Source of the DNA: an uncultured Alphaproteobacteria bacterium
Lineage (GTDB): Bacteria; Pseudomonadota; Alphaproteobacteria; Rs-D84
Assembly: GCA_934272785.1 (NCBI GenBank)
Contig: CAKQSE010000007.1
Coordinates: 1,151 to 65,150, forward strand
Direction: 5' to 3'
Length of the DNA stretch: 64,000 nt
A program made the position numbers and the translations under genes. This document shows, piece after piece, positions 1-9,245 of this stretch; position 1 is the stretch's first letter, and every line of letters starts with the position of its first letter. Under the pieces are notes generated by a model. The model ran no database searches, was not told where the DNA came from, and saw only the letters and a list, made by a program, of their open reading frames with translations.

Positions 1-3
1 CAG

Positions 4-744
4 ATGATGACGGACCCACTGTCGGGTATGTTCACACTGGACAGTGAAACGACGGTCTATGCGTTCCGCGGTGGTGATGGTATGCCGGGCACGGTGAACA
101 AGTCTGGAAACTATTACGGGTCGTTTGGTGGCGGTGCGTCGGGCGCGGACAGTGTCTTGGTCGTTGGCGACCGTGTGTTCCGCGCACGTGGTGCAAATGG
201 CCAGAGTTGCCGTGGTATGTTCGGTTGGGGACTATGCATCAATGGTGAATCCAGCAGCCTGTATCAAGGGATGGGACGTGGTGCGGGTTGGGTGGAGACT
301 GGGACCACCGCCAACAACCAACGATTTTGCGTGAATACCAAGCCGACAGGAAGCACAGCGTTCTCTATACGTCAGGTCGGCGGCGGTGGGGGCGGCGCGC
401 CCAGTGGCGTGGGCGGCACCACGTGGCAGTATAATAGAAATTGTCCCGCGGATACGGTTATTGACGCCGGCGCAGATGCGACGACCGACGGTGGTGGTAA
501 TGGTGGTGACATTACAAACGCGTATTATAACCCCGACGACACAACACCGAAAAATGCCACTGGTGGTCGCGGTGGCGCAAATGTAACCTGGACATGCGGT
601 GGCCAGACAATCACCGTTTACGGTGGTGGCGGTGGTGGTGCATGTATAAATGGAACATACGCCAGAATCACCAATGGTGGCGACGGCGGCAGTGGTTCCA
701 CCAACACATCAACAAACAGCTTTATCAGGATTTACAAGATGTAG
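4..744 (+). CDS. C-terminal part of a glycine-rich secreted/surface protein (5' end outside window)
   Basis: The ORF is open from the window edge to TAG at 742-744. It contains runs GGGGGG, GGNGGD, GGRGG and GGDGGSG and no recognisable enzyme motif. It resembles Gly_rich-type proteins by composition only. Confidence 0.45.
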   Translation: MMTDPLSGMFTLDSETTVYAFRGGDGMPGTVNKSGNYYGSFGGGASGADSVLVVGDRVFRARGANGQSCRGMFGWGLCINGESSSLYQGMGRGAGWVETGTTANNQRFCVNTKPTGSTAFSIRQVGGGGGGAPSGVGGTTWQYNRNCPADTVIDAGADATTDGGGNGGDITNAYYNPDDTTPKNATGGRGGANVTWTCGGQTITVYGGGGGGACINGTYARITNGGDGGSGSTNTSTNSFIRIYKM

Positions 745-754
745 AGATGTAAAA

Positions 755-802
755 AGTGAATAAGTGATAGAGTGATAAAGTGATAGAGTGATAAAGTGAT
801 AT
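755..802 (+). repeat. Six tandem copies of the octamer AGTGATAN
   Basis: Read directly: agtgaata agtgatag agtgataa agtgatag agtgataa agtgatat. Reverse-complement arrays occur at about 1366-1391 and 1484-1509. Confidence 0.85.
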
Positions 803-806
803 AGTT

Positions 807-977
807 TAAGTTCCCCTCCGGTGGAGGGGTGTCCGCCAGGACGGGGTGGTCTTTTTGTCCCTGCGGGGCAATGGACTCCGACCTTCGTCGGGGTGACGGT
901 GGTGTGTGGTTGGGGCCATATTTTACGGACATTGTGCGACAGTGAACAGAAGTAATTTTAAAGACCCTATTCCTGCC
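807..977 (+). repeat. Direct repeat copy 1 of a ~171-bp multi-module unit
   Basis: Aligns nearly base for base with 1152-1323 (taagttcccctccggtggaggggtg ... aagaccctattcctgc). Confidence 0.9.
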
Positions 978-1151
978 TTTGCCCACCCACAAAATCTTGC
1001 GATTTTGCGGGGGCCGGAGCAGAAATGACATTTTTGAATGCGCCGGTGGCGTACTTTTTATTCACCTGGATCCTGGGGTCAAGCCCCAGGATGACAAGGG
1101 CGGTGTATTTGTGTTTATTTTACGACCATAGTTTATGTCTTAGTCGCGGAC

Positions 1152-1323
1152 TAAGTTCCCCTCCGGTGGAGGGGTGCCCGCCAGGACGGGGGGGGGGTTT
1201 TGTCCCTGCGGGGCAATGGACCCCGACCTTCGTCGGGGTGACGGTGGTGTGTGGTTGGGAAAGCATATTTTACGTATATTGTGCAACAGTGAACAGAAGT
1301 AATTTTAAAGACCCTATTCCTGC
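1152..1323 (+). repeat. Direct repeat copy 2 of the ~171-bp multi-module unit
   Basis: Same module order as 807-977, offset by 345 bp, with only a few substitutions and indels. Confidence 0.9.
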
Positions 1324-1507
1324 ATGCGCAGGAATGACAAGTTTTTAAGTCCTCTATTTAAAAACTTTATCACTCTATCACTTACTCACTCTTTCATTGC
1401 TCTCTGCTCTCTACACTCTGCTCTCTAAAATAGACGACACCCCGGCACTTCGTGCCACCCCTCTGGCCAGAGGGGAACTTTGATTTTATCACTCTGTCAC
1501 TTACTCA

Positions 1508-1534
1508 CTAAAAAAACGCGCTGGGGCGCGTTTT
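1508..1534 (-). terminator. Rho-independent terminator after pgk (bidirectional hairpin)
   Basis: The cgcgc-tggg-gcgcg stem is flanked by an A-run and a T-run and immediately follows the pgk stop codon. Confidence 0.7.
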
Positions 1535-2710
1535 TTATTTTTGTTCCAGTATTTGAATCCCGGGCAGGGGGCGACCCTCGATATATTCTAGGAATGCGCC
1601 GCCACCGGTTGATACGTATGTCATGTCGTCTTTGACCCCACATGCGGTCAATGCTGCCACCGTGTCGCCGCCACCAATTACACTGGCAAGGTGTCCCGTG
1701 TGGGTCTGTTCCGCGATTGCGCGCGCCAGGGTGAACGTGCCAAATGACCAGGTCGGCTGCCATTCGGCCATGCCGACACTGCCGTTCCAGATAACGGTTG
1801 CGGACGCGGTAATCACAGATATGTCGGATGCGACGGTCTGGGGGCCTTCGTCCATGATGATGTCGGTTGCGCCGATTTCGGCAAATGTTTTGTCGGTGCG
1901 GGGCGCGGTTGGGGTGAATTCTGGGGCCGTGCCCTTGTCAATTGGCAATATGACATTGCAATTGTTATCGCGGGCAAATGCCAAAATTTCCAGTGCGGTG
2001 TCGCGTTGGTCTGGTTCATACAGTGAATTGCCAACATTTGCACCGGTTGCAAATTTAAATGTTGTCCCCAGTGCGCCACCGATAATCAGGTTGTCTGCCA
2101 ACGTGGCCAGGGCCTTTAACACGCCGATTTTTGTGGAAACCTTGCTGCCGGCGACAATCGCGGTCAGTGGGCGCGCCGGATGCGTCATTACCGCGTCCAG
2201 GTTTTCAATTTCAGACGCCAACAGTAATCCCGCATATGACGGCAATATTTCCGCCACGCCAACCGTGCTGGCGTGGGCGCGGTGCGACACGGCGAACGCG
2301 TCGTTGACGAATATGTCAAACCCGCGGGCCAGGTCGGCACTGAACGCCGGGTCGTTTTTTTCTTCGCCGGCGTAAAAACGCACATTTTCCAGCAATACCA
2401 CGTCACCATCGTGCATGTTTTTCATGAAATCTTTGTCCACACAATCGGCAATCAGTGGCACGCCCATATATTCGGCAACCGGGCGCAGTGAAAATTCCAT
2501 GTTGCGCGCGCCCTTGGGTCGGCCCAGGTGTGCGCAAATCGCGATTTTTGCACCGCCTGCGCGCAGGGCGTTTATGGTTGGCATACTCTGTTCAATGCGA
2601 AATGTGTCGGTAATTTTGCCGTCAACAATTTGAACGTTAAAATCGTCGCGCAGCAATACAAACTTGCCCCGGACGTCCAGATTTTCAATCGTGCGTAATT
2701 TCATGTTCAA
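1535..2710 (-). CDS. pgk: Phosphoglycerate kinase
   Basis: 391 aa. The N-terminus has VLLRDDFNV and AHLGRPKG, and length and overall pattern are typical of PGK. Confidence 0.95.
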   Translation of the reverse strand: MNMKLRTIENLDVRGKFVLLRDDFNVQIVDGKITDTFRIEQSMPTINALRAGGAKIAICAHLGRPKGARNMEFSLRPVAEYMGVPLIADCVDKDFMKNMHDGDVVLLENVRFYAGEEKNDPAFSADLARGFDIFVNDAFAVSHRAHASTVGVAEILPSYAGLLLASEIENLDAVMTHPARPLTAIVAGSKVSTKIGVLKALATLADNLIIGGALGTTFKFATGANVGNSLYEPDQRDTALEILAFARDNNCNVILPIDKGTAPEFTPTAPRTDKTFAEIGATDIIMDEGPQTVASDISVITASATVIWNGSVGMAEWQPTWSFGTFTLARAIAEQTHTGHLASVIGGGDTVAALTACGVKDDMTYVSTGGGAFLEYIEGRPLPGIQILEQK

Positions 2711-3308
2711 TCCTTTCCTTTACTGGTCTGAAACTTTTACGATAATGTTCGTTTATACCATATTTTTCAATCGCGCGCAAATGTTCCGGCGTTGGGTATC
2801 CGGCATTTTTATCCCAACCGTATTCGGGGTATTGCGCCGCCAAATCGTGCATGATTTTATCACGCGTTTCCTTGGCAATAATGGATGCGGCGGCGATGGA
2901 CAGTGATTTTGCATCGCCCTTGACAATCGGCTGACCTGGCAAATCACGCGGCAACCTGTTCCCGTCAATCAAGCAAAAGTCCGGGCAAACCGCCAGTTTT
3001 TTTACCGCGCGTGTCATCGCCAGCATTGATGCCCATAAAATATTTAACTGGTCAATTTCGGCGGGACTGCATTGGCCCACCGCCCAAATAGTATTGTGCG
3101 TAATCCAATCGTATGCGGCGGCGCGTGCGTGCGCGGTCATCTGTTTTGAATCACGAATAATGACCGGAATTTCAATATCGTGATTGGGGAAAATTACCGC
3201 CGCCGCAACAACAGGTCCGCACAGGGGACCGCGGCCGGCCTCGTCTACGCCGGCGACCATGCGGTGGCCGCATTCGCATTCAAATGAAAAGTCTGGTGTT
3301 GTGCGCAT
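2685..3308 (-). CDS. rnhB: Ribonuclease HII
   Basis: 207 aa with the GVDEAGRGPLCGPVV active-site motif. Its 3' end overlaps the pgk start. Confidence 0.93.
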   Translation of the reverse strand: MRTTPDFSFECECGHRMVAGVDEAGRGPLCGPVVAAAVIFPNHDIEIPVIIRDSKQMTAHARAAAYDWITHNTIWAVGQCSPAEIDQLNILWASMLAMTRAVKKLAVCPDFCLIDGNRLPRDLPGQPIVKGDAKSLSIAAASIIAKETRDKIMHDLAAQYPEYGWDKNAGYPTPEHLRAIEKYGINEHYRKSFRPVKERIEHEITHD

Positions 3309-5032
3309 TATATCGACATACGATTCGCAATTTGCTGTTGAACATATTCGTCCTGGCTGTTATACAGGGGCCAGACGCCGTTTGCCAATTCTTCCATTGC
3401 GGTCAGTGGCTGGTTCAATCGTGCACGATACAGCCACATATTTGACATCACGCGTTTAATATAGCCGCGCGTTTCGTATGCCGGGAAACTTTCGATATAC
3501 AGCAGTGGGTCATATGTCGAGAAATTCTTTTCAAATTTGACGACGGTGCCCATACCTGCATTATACGCGGCCAGCATTTTTATAATATTGTTGTTGATGT
3601 TCGGGTGCGCCAACAGGTCAACGATATATTGCTGGCCCAGGAACATGTTGTGTTCGGGATTACTCATATCAATATCAGACATGGCGACGTTGTTGTGGCG
3701 CGCGACGCGGCGGGCGGTGCTGGGCATAATCTGCATCAGGCCGGACGCCCCGGCGGTTGATTTTGCATTTGGACGGAAACCGCTTTCTTGTTTTGTGATG
3801 GCCAGCAACAGCGCGCGGTCAATTGACCAACCGCCCATCGGTTCCCAGTCGGGCAATGGGTATTGCGCCGAATAAATAATGTCGTCATCAATTTCCAGAA
3901 TCCCGCGGTCGCGGATAACGCTGGACGCCTGAATCGACACACGTGGCAGGCCATATGCCGTTGCCACCGAATTCACCGCGTGCAATGTTCGATCCGATGC
4001 GCGCGCCGTAATCAGGTATTTCAGGTATTGTTCGGCGCGTTCCTTTTGCCCGACCTGTAACAATGCCAGGGCGGTTTTGCCGTATTTCGTTTCGCGCAGG
4101 GCGTCAATGTCGTCGTCGGTAAAATCCTGTTCAAAAAATTCGTATTGTGGCGTTTGCCCCAGCATTACCGATGACAGTGCACCATAAAACGCCATTGGGT
4201 GCGCGGCGGCAATTTCCCAGTATTTTTTTGCCGCATCTGTGTCGCCATTGGCGTCGGCGGCGCGTCCGGCCCAAAATGCAGCCTCGGTCTTGCGGGCGTT
4301 GTTGATTTGTTCCAGTTTTAAAATCTGGCTGAAATATTTTTCGCTTTCGGCAAATTTTTCTTCCTTGAAATACAGCAGTCCCATTGACCACAGGCCGTAT
4401 TCTGATTTTGCGTCAGATGCGACAAAGCCCCATTTCTTTGCCAATTCAAATTCGCCATTTGTATAATATATAAATGACAGACGGCCCGCCAAACGACCAT
4501 AATCTGATTCGGTCAGACGACGTTTAAACGACGCATCTTCCAGAATATTGCGCGCGGTTTTTGTGCTGCCACTGCGGATGGCGCGTTTGAATTTGGTGAT
4601 TTTTGTGTTGGTTGCCCCCGAATACTTTTTTGCCGTCCATGTTTCAGACTGGGCCGTTTCAATTGATGCGCCGCCACTGATAATTTTGGGCGTCACAGAT
4701 TTACGAACAGTTGCCTGTTTTATTTTTGCCAGTTTTTCCATACGTGGCGCGCCAGGCGTGTCATAATATTTTGTCATCCATGACGCAATTTCGCGCCCGC
4801 GCGTGCGATATGTTTTTGATGTATAGCGTTGATATAAAACCTCGCCCAGCAGGGTGTCGTCGGTCAATTGCGATTCCAGTTTTGTTGCCGCGTCAATCTT
4901 TTCGCGTGATTGCAGGGCGAAAATCTGTTCATACAGACTGGCGTCGACGTCGGTCAAAATCATTGGATTATCAACGGCATAGGCCGTGACCGACAGAAAA
5001 ATCGCTGTTAAAAATGTGAAAACTTTTTTCAT
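3308..5032 (-). CDS. Soluble lytic murein transglycosylase (Slt family)
   Basis: The C-terminal domain carries the QESGF, GLMQIMPSTA and AAYNAG motifs. I placed the start at MKKVFTFLTAIFLSVTAYA (signal peptide) rather than at the ORF-track start 5068. The stop overlaps the rnhB start as TAATG. Confidence 0.88.
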   Translation of the reverse strand: MKKVFTFLTAIFLSVTAYAVDNPMILTDVDASLYEQIFALQSREKIDAATKLESQLTDDTLLGEVLYQRYTSKTYRTRGREIASWMTKYYDTPGAPRMEKLAKIKQATVRKSVTPKIISGGASIETAQSETWTAKKYSGATNTKITKFKRAIRSGSTKTARNILEDASFKRRLTESDYGRLAGRLSFIYYTNGEFELAKKWGFVASDAKSEYGLWSMGLLYFKEEKFAESEKYFSQILKLEQINNARKTEAAFWAGRAADANGDTDAAKKYWEIAAAHPMAFYGALSSVMLGQTPQYEFFEQDFTDDDIDALRETKYGKTALALLQVGQKERAEQYLKYLITARASDRTLHAVNSVATAYGLPRVSIQASSVIRDRGILEIDDDIIYSAQYPLPDWEPMGGWSIDRALLLAITKQESGFRPNAKSTAGASGLMQIMPSTARRVARHNNVAMSDIDMSNPEHNMFLGQQYIVDLLAHPNINNNIIKMLAAYNAGMGTVVKFEKNFSTYDPLLYIESFPAYETRGYIKRVMSNMWLYRARLNQPLTAMEELANGVWPLYNSQDEYVQQQIANRMSI

Positions 5033-5037
5033 ATAAA

Positions 5038-5538
5038 TCAGAACAATGATGTCTTGGGCAGGTGGCAAACCGCCGCACCTTCGTCTGCCTCGGGTATTTG
5101 GTCAATTATCTTTTTAAAATCCGATATGCGTGAAAATTTACGGTATACGGAAACAAAGCGCACAAATGCAATCGGATCCAGGTTTAATAACGAATCCGCC
5201 ACCATTTGACCGACCATCACACTGGTCACCGTATCGTCGGCTGTTTCTGTTTCCAGACGGCGGTGGATTGATGTTACCAATTTTTCAATCTGTTCGTCAC
5301 CGACATCGCGGTTGCGACATGCCAATTTAATACTGCGCCGCAGTTTTTCACGGTCAAACGGTTCCATTTTGCCACTGTTCTTGCGCACCATCAGGTCGCG
5401 CATCTGAACGCGTTCAACGGTCGTGAATTTTGCACCGCATTGATTGCAAACGCGGCGACGCCGAATAATTGCATCTTCGGTGTCGGGGCGTGAATCTGTC
5501 ACGCGGCTGTCGGTAGAGTTACAGTATGGGCATCTCAT
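5038..5538 (-). CDS. nrdR: Transcriptional repressor NrdR
   Basis: Zinc ribbon MRCPYC...CNQCG followed by an ATP-cone region. 166 aa. Confidence 0.93.
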   Translation of the reverse strand: MRCPYCNSTDSRVTDSRPDTEDAIIRRRRVCNQCGAKFTTVERVQMRDLMVRKNSGKMEPFDREKLRRSIKLACRNRDVGDEQIEKLVTSIHRRLETETADDTVTSVMVGQMVADSLLNLDPIAFVRFVSVYRKFSRISDFKKIIDQIPEADEGAAVCHLPKTSLF

Positions 5539-5706
5539 ATTGGTGTAAAGAATAGCAATCTATTTTGCACCCTGCAAGTAATATTTGCATCGGCAAAAAA
5601 TCGTGTTTTTAGAAAAATCAAGACATTTATTTAAATTTCATTGCTTGCGCCCGTCTTTTTCGCAGGGGCGATTTGTGATAAAATAGTATCCAGGGAAAAC
5701 GGAGAG

Positions 5707-6807
5707 ATGGAAAAATACCTGAACCAGATTTTGTCCGGTGATTGTATCGAGGTTATGCGTGGCATACCAGATGCGTCGGTTGATGCCATCTTTGCCGATT
5801 GTCCGTATAATTTGCAACTGGGCGCAAAAACATTATACCGGCCCGAGGATCAGACCGCTGCGCGTGCCGTGCGTGACGCGTGGGACGCGTTTGACAGCCC
5901 TGCCGCATATGACGAATTTACCCGCGCATGGATGCGTGAGTGCCAGCGTATATTAAAACCAGATGGCGCAATGTGGGTCATCGGCAGTTATCATAATATC
6001 TTTCGCGTTGGCGCGATTTTACAGGATTTAGGTTTCTGGATTTTAAATGATATTGTATGGGTCAAGACAAATCCGATGCCGAATTTCCGGGGCACGCGTT
6101 TCACAAATGCGCATGAAACACTGATTTGGGCGACCCCGCGCAAGACCGGAAAATACACATTTAATTACGAAACAATGAAAAAACTGAACGGCGGGAAACA
6201 AATGCGTTCAGATTGGAATTTGAATATTTGCCTGGGCGAAGAACGTGTCAAGGGGCCCGATGGAAAAAGTCTGCACAATACCCAAAAACCGATGGATTTG
6301 TTGCGTCGTGTAATCTTGGCATCGACCAAACCTGGCGATGTTATCTTGGATCCGTTCTTGGGCAGTGGCACAACCGCCGCCGCCGCCAAAGAATTGGGAC
6401 GTAATTTTATTGGAATAGAGCGCGAGCAAGCCTATGTGGACGCAGCACGGGAACGTGTTGCCGCGGTTAAACCAATTGATTTGTCGGATATAGAGGTCAC
6501 AACCCCCAAGCGGGCCGAGGCACGTGTTGCGTTCCGCGAATTGCTGGATGCGGGTCTGTTGTATGTTGGCCAGACATTGGTCAGTCCGCGTGGCGAACGC
6601 GTTATGATTACGCGTGATGCGCAACTGGCGCATACCCTGTATGGCAAGGCGTCAATTCATGTTATGGCGGCGCGCCTGCAACACAGTGTCAGTTTCAATG
6701 GTTGGGATTATTGGTCGGCAGAACGGCGTGATGGGACGCTGGTTCCGATTGATGAATTGCGCAAATACGTGCGCGATATTAAACGTGATATTAAACAAGC
6801 CGCCTGA
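5707..6807 (+). CDS. ccrM: CcrM-type N6-adenine DNA methyltransferase (beta class)
   Basis: DCPYN (a DPPY variant) near the N-terminus, FLGSGTTAAAAKELGRNFIGIE as the AdoMet motif, and a long C-terminal extension as in CcrM. Start taken at ATG 5707 (MEKYLNQ); the ORF track starts at a TTG at 5641. Confidence 0.88.
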   Translation: MEKYLNQILSGDCIEVMRGIPDASVDAIFADCPYNLQLGAKTLYRPEDQTAARAVRDAWDAFDSPAAYDEFTRAWMRECQRILKPDGAMWVIGSYHNIFRVGAILQDLGFWILNDIVWVKTNPMPNFRGTRFTNAHETLIWATPRKTGKYTFNYETMKKLNGGKQMRSDWNLNICLGEERVKGPDGKSLHNTQKPMDLLRRVILASTKPGDVILDPFLGSGTTAAAAKELGRNFIGIEREQAYVDAARERVAAVKPIDLSDIEVTTPKRAEARVAFRELLDAGLLYVGQTLVSPRGERVMITRDAQLAHTLYGKASIHVMAARLQHSVSFNGWDYWSAERRDGTLVPIDELRKYVRDIKRDIKQAA

Positions 6808-6836
6808 TATTTTTATCGGCGGCCGTGTTTTTTGTC

Positions 6837-7160
6837 TTAGCGGGATTTTTCATTTAATTGTATTGCACGTTCGTGGGCGCGTGCAACGATTGCCTGGCGA
6901 CGATGTCCGCATGCATAGTCTGCCATACTCAGGTCGGCAAACATGCGCCGGCGCAGTTGTTCTGCGGCGTGAATTTCATCGTATTTTTCTGATATCAGAC
7001 GGTCGCGACGAAATGTCGTATGGCCGGTTGCCAACAACCGGTTACGCTGATACGTCATAACCTCTACCTGGCGGCGCAGCGCGGCCAGATGGGTGTTTAT
7101 GCTGTCGATATCCCGCTGGATACGGACGCGCTCGATACTGTATGCTCCTGGTGCTTTCAT
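6837..7160 (-). CDS. Hypothetical small coiled-coil-like protein
   Basis: 107-aa ORF in an otherwise empty gap between ccrM and clpP. No motif recognised. Confidence 0.4.
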   Translation of the reverse strand: MKAPGAYSIERVRIQRDIDSINTHLAALRRQVEVMTYQRNRLLATGHTTFRRDRLISEKYDEIHAAEQLRRRMFADLSMADYACGHRRQAIVARAHERAIQLNEKSR

Positions 7161-7230
7161 TTTTTAAATCCTTTTACTGTTATGACAATATATAATACAT
7201 AAAATGCTTTTTGTCAACCCTTGGCACATA

Positions 7231-7258
7231 CTTGTATTTTTGCCATATTTTCCTATAT
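7231..7258 (+). promoter_or_regulatory. Candidate RpoH (sigma-32)-type promoter of clpP
   Basis: CTTG (7231-7234), a 17-nt spacer, then CCTATAT (7252-7258). This fits the alphaproteobacterial CTTG-N17-CYTATNT heat-shock consensus and lies about 70 nt upstream of clpP. Confidence 0.45.
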
Positions 7259-7325
7259 ATCAGACTATGAATTCGCGAATCGGATTTTTTATGGTATAAT
7301 TTACTGGAAATAAAAGGATAGTTTG

Positions 7326-7907
7326 ATGGCACTGATACCAATGGTTATCGAGGAATCGCCACGTGGTGAACGCTCGTTTGATATTTATTCACGCCTGTTG
7401 CGCGATCGTATCGTTATGATAAATGGCCAGATTGAACCGACCATGGCAAACAGCATTGTTGCCCAGTTGTTGTTCCTGGAATCTGAAAATCCAAATGCAG
7501 AAATTTCTGTGTATATCAACAGTCCGGGCGGTGATGTGTCGGCGGGCTGGGCGATTATGGATACGATGCAGTATATTAAATCGCCGGTGTCAACGATTGG
7601 TATGGGATTGGTTGCGTCAATGGGATCGGTCTTGTTGGCGGCGGGCGCGCGCGGAAAACGTTTCGTCCTGCCAAATACCCAGATTATGATTCACCAGCCA
7701 TTGGCGGGGGCCGAGGGCCAGATTACCGATATGGAAATCCGTATGACACAGTATCAAAAGAATAAAAAGACATTGATTAAACAGATGTCTGAATTCACTG
7801 GTCGCAGTGAAAAAGAACTGTTTGACGCGATGGAACGTGATAACTGGATGTCCCCGACCGAGGCCAAAGATTTCGGCCTGATTGACGGAATTCTGGCACG
7901 TAAATAA
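7326..7907 (+). CDS. clpP: ATP-dependent Clp protease proteolytic subunit
   Basis: YINSPGG, the catalytic Ser context ASMGS and IMIHQP are all present. ATG 7326 is preferred over the TTG at 7323, with AAGGA upstream. Confidence 0.95.
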   Translation: MALIPMVIEESPRGERSFDIYSRLLRDRIVMINGQIEPTMANSIVAQLLFLESENPNAEISVYINSPGGDVSAGWAIMDTMQYIKSPVSTIGMGLVASMGSVLLAAGARGKRFVLPNTQIMIHQPLAGAEGQITDMEIRMTQYQKNKKTLIKQMSEFTGRSEKELFDAMERDNWMSPTEAKDFGLIDGILARK

Positions 7908-7930
7908 TTTGTTTTAACGGATGACAAGAT

Positions 7931-9208
7931 ATGAGTGACGATAAAAACAACAACACACCAACGACCGACGAAGCGCAGGGCGCACAACAGTTTTGCAGTT
8001 TTTGCGGCAAATCTGTGTACGAGGTTAAAAAACTGGTCCGTGGGCGCAATGTGTGCATTTGTGATGAATGCATAAATCTGTGCAACGATATCATGGCGGA
8101 TGATATTCGCGATGAAGTGAACAAAGATGCCGCGAAATTGCCGACCCCGTCCCAGATTTATAATTTCTTGAACGAGTATATTATCGGCCAGGATATGGCG
8201 AAACGCACACTGGCGGTGGCGGTGTATAACCACTATAAACGTCACAGTGCGGCGATGTCGTCCAATGTTGAAATTCAAAAGTCTAATGTTTTGCTGATTG
8301 GGCCAACGGGAACGGGCAAAACGCTGTTTGCGCAAACATTGGCGCGCATTTTGGATGTGCCGTTTGCAATCGCCGATGCCACCACTTTGACCGAGGCGGG
8401 CTACGTCGGTGATGACGTGGAAAGTGTCCTGACGCGCCTGTTACAGAACGCGAATTTTGACGTGGAACGCGCAGGGCGGGGCATTATCTATATTGACGAA
8501 ATTGATAAAATTGCGCGCAAGTCTGAAAATCCATCACTGACCCGCGATGTTTCGGGCGAAGGCGTGCAACAGGCATTATTGAAATTGGTCGAAGGCACGG
8601 TCGCCAACGTTCCGGCCGGTGGTGCGGGGCGCAAGCACCCGGGCGAGGCCACCGTTCAACTGGACACGTCCAAGATTCTGTTTATCTGTGGCGGGGCGTT
8701 TGATGGCCTGAACAAAATTATCGGCGGACGCAAATCTGAACGCGCCGGTATTGGTTTTGGCGCAAATGTTCAGTCCAAAAAGGAACGCGAATCCAAGAAC
8801 TATCTGGACGATGTTCAGCCAGAGGATTTGGTTAAATTCGGCATTATCCCAGAACTGGTCGGTCGTTTGCCGGTGATTACCACATTACAGGATTTGGACG
8901 AAGACGCATTGGTGAAAATCCTGACTGAACCAAAGAACGCGATTGTGAAACAATATGCCGCAATGCTGGAAATGGACGATGTGAAATTGAACATCACCGA
9001 TGACGGATTGCGTGAAATTGCGAAATTGGCGGTGGCACGCAAAACCGGTGCGCGCGGCCTGCGCAGTATTTTGGAACGCATATTGCTGGCACCAATGTTT
9101 GATGCGCCGGATAACCCCGAATTGGCAGAAATCGTGATTGATAAAAATGTTGTGCTGGGGAAAAAGCAACCCATGCAAATCCTGCGCGATGCCAAGAAAG
9201 CCGCATAA
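7931..9208 (+). CDS. clpX: ATP-dependent Clp protease ATP-binding subunit ClpX
   Basis: N-terminal zinc-binding CSFCGK...CICDEC, Walker A GPTGTGKT and Walker [10 protein letters not shown]. Confidence 0.96.
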   Translation: MSDDKNNNTPTTDEAQGAQQFCSFCGKSVYEVKKLVRGRNVCICDECINLCNDIMADDIRDEVNKDAAKLPTPSQIYNFLNEYIIGQDMAKRTLAVAVYNHYKRHSAAMSSNVEIQKSNVLLIGPTGTGKTLFAQTLARILDVPFAIADATTLTEAGYVGDDVESVLTRLLQNANFDVERAGRGIIYIDEIDKIARKSENPSLTRDVSGEGVQQALLKLVEGTVANVPAGGAGRKHPGEATVQLDTSKILFICGGAFDGLNKIIGGRKSERAGIGFGANVQSKKERESKNYLDDVQPEDLVKFGIIPELVGRLPVITTLQDLDEDALVKILTEPKNAIVKQYAAMLEMDDVKLNITDDGLREIAKLAVARKTGARGLRSILERILLAPMFDAPDNPELAEIVIDKNVVLGKKQPMQILRDAKKAA

Positions 9209-9214
9209 ATAAAT

Positions 9215-9245
9215 CCCCACCCCATCCGGGGTGGGGTTATTTTTT
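9215..9245. terminator. Bidirectional rho-independent terminator (clpX / restriction gene)
   Basis: Perfect hairpin ccccacccc-atcc-ggggtgggg followed by a T-run. Confidence 0.8.

Larger units (their letters stand above)
755..1509. repeat. Mosaic palindromic intergenic repeat block A (REP/BIME-like)
   Basis: Concatenated hairpin modules, for example cccctccggtggagggg, ccccgaccttcgtcgggg, attcctgc-n4-gcaggaat and ctggggtcaagccccag. The same modules recur at 19417-19827, 20394-20915, 25460-26057 and 51324-51406. Confidence 0.9.

Noticed and set aside
1025-1348. ORFs inside the repeat blocks (1025-1348, 732-1031, 20501-20794, 25410-25661) that share peptides such as DPIPACAGMT and PTFVGVTV
   Set aside because: The shared peptides are translations of the palindromic repeat modules (attcctgc...gcaggaatgaca and others). 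The ORFs have no RBS or start context and differ in frame between copies.
755-1509. CRISPR array hypothesis for the repeat-rich intergenic blocks (also 19417-19827, 20394-20915, 25460-26057)
   Set aside because: There is no single repeat of constant length alternating with unique spacers of constant length. The blocks are concatenations of many different hairpin modules in both orientations, and no cas genes are present.
7221-7245. Sigma-54-like TGGCAC element upstream of clpP
   Set aside because: The downstream element is TTGTA/TGTAT with the wrong spacing relative to GG (GT instead of GC at the -12 position). The overlapping CTTG-N17-CCTATAT heat-shock promoter explains the region better.
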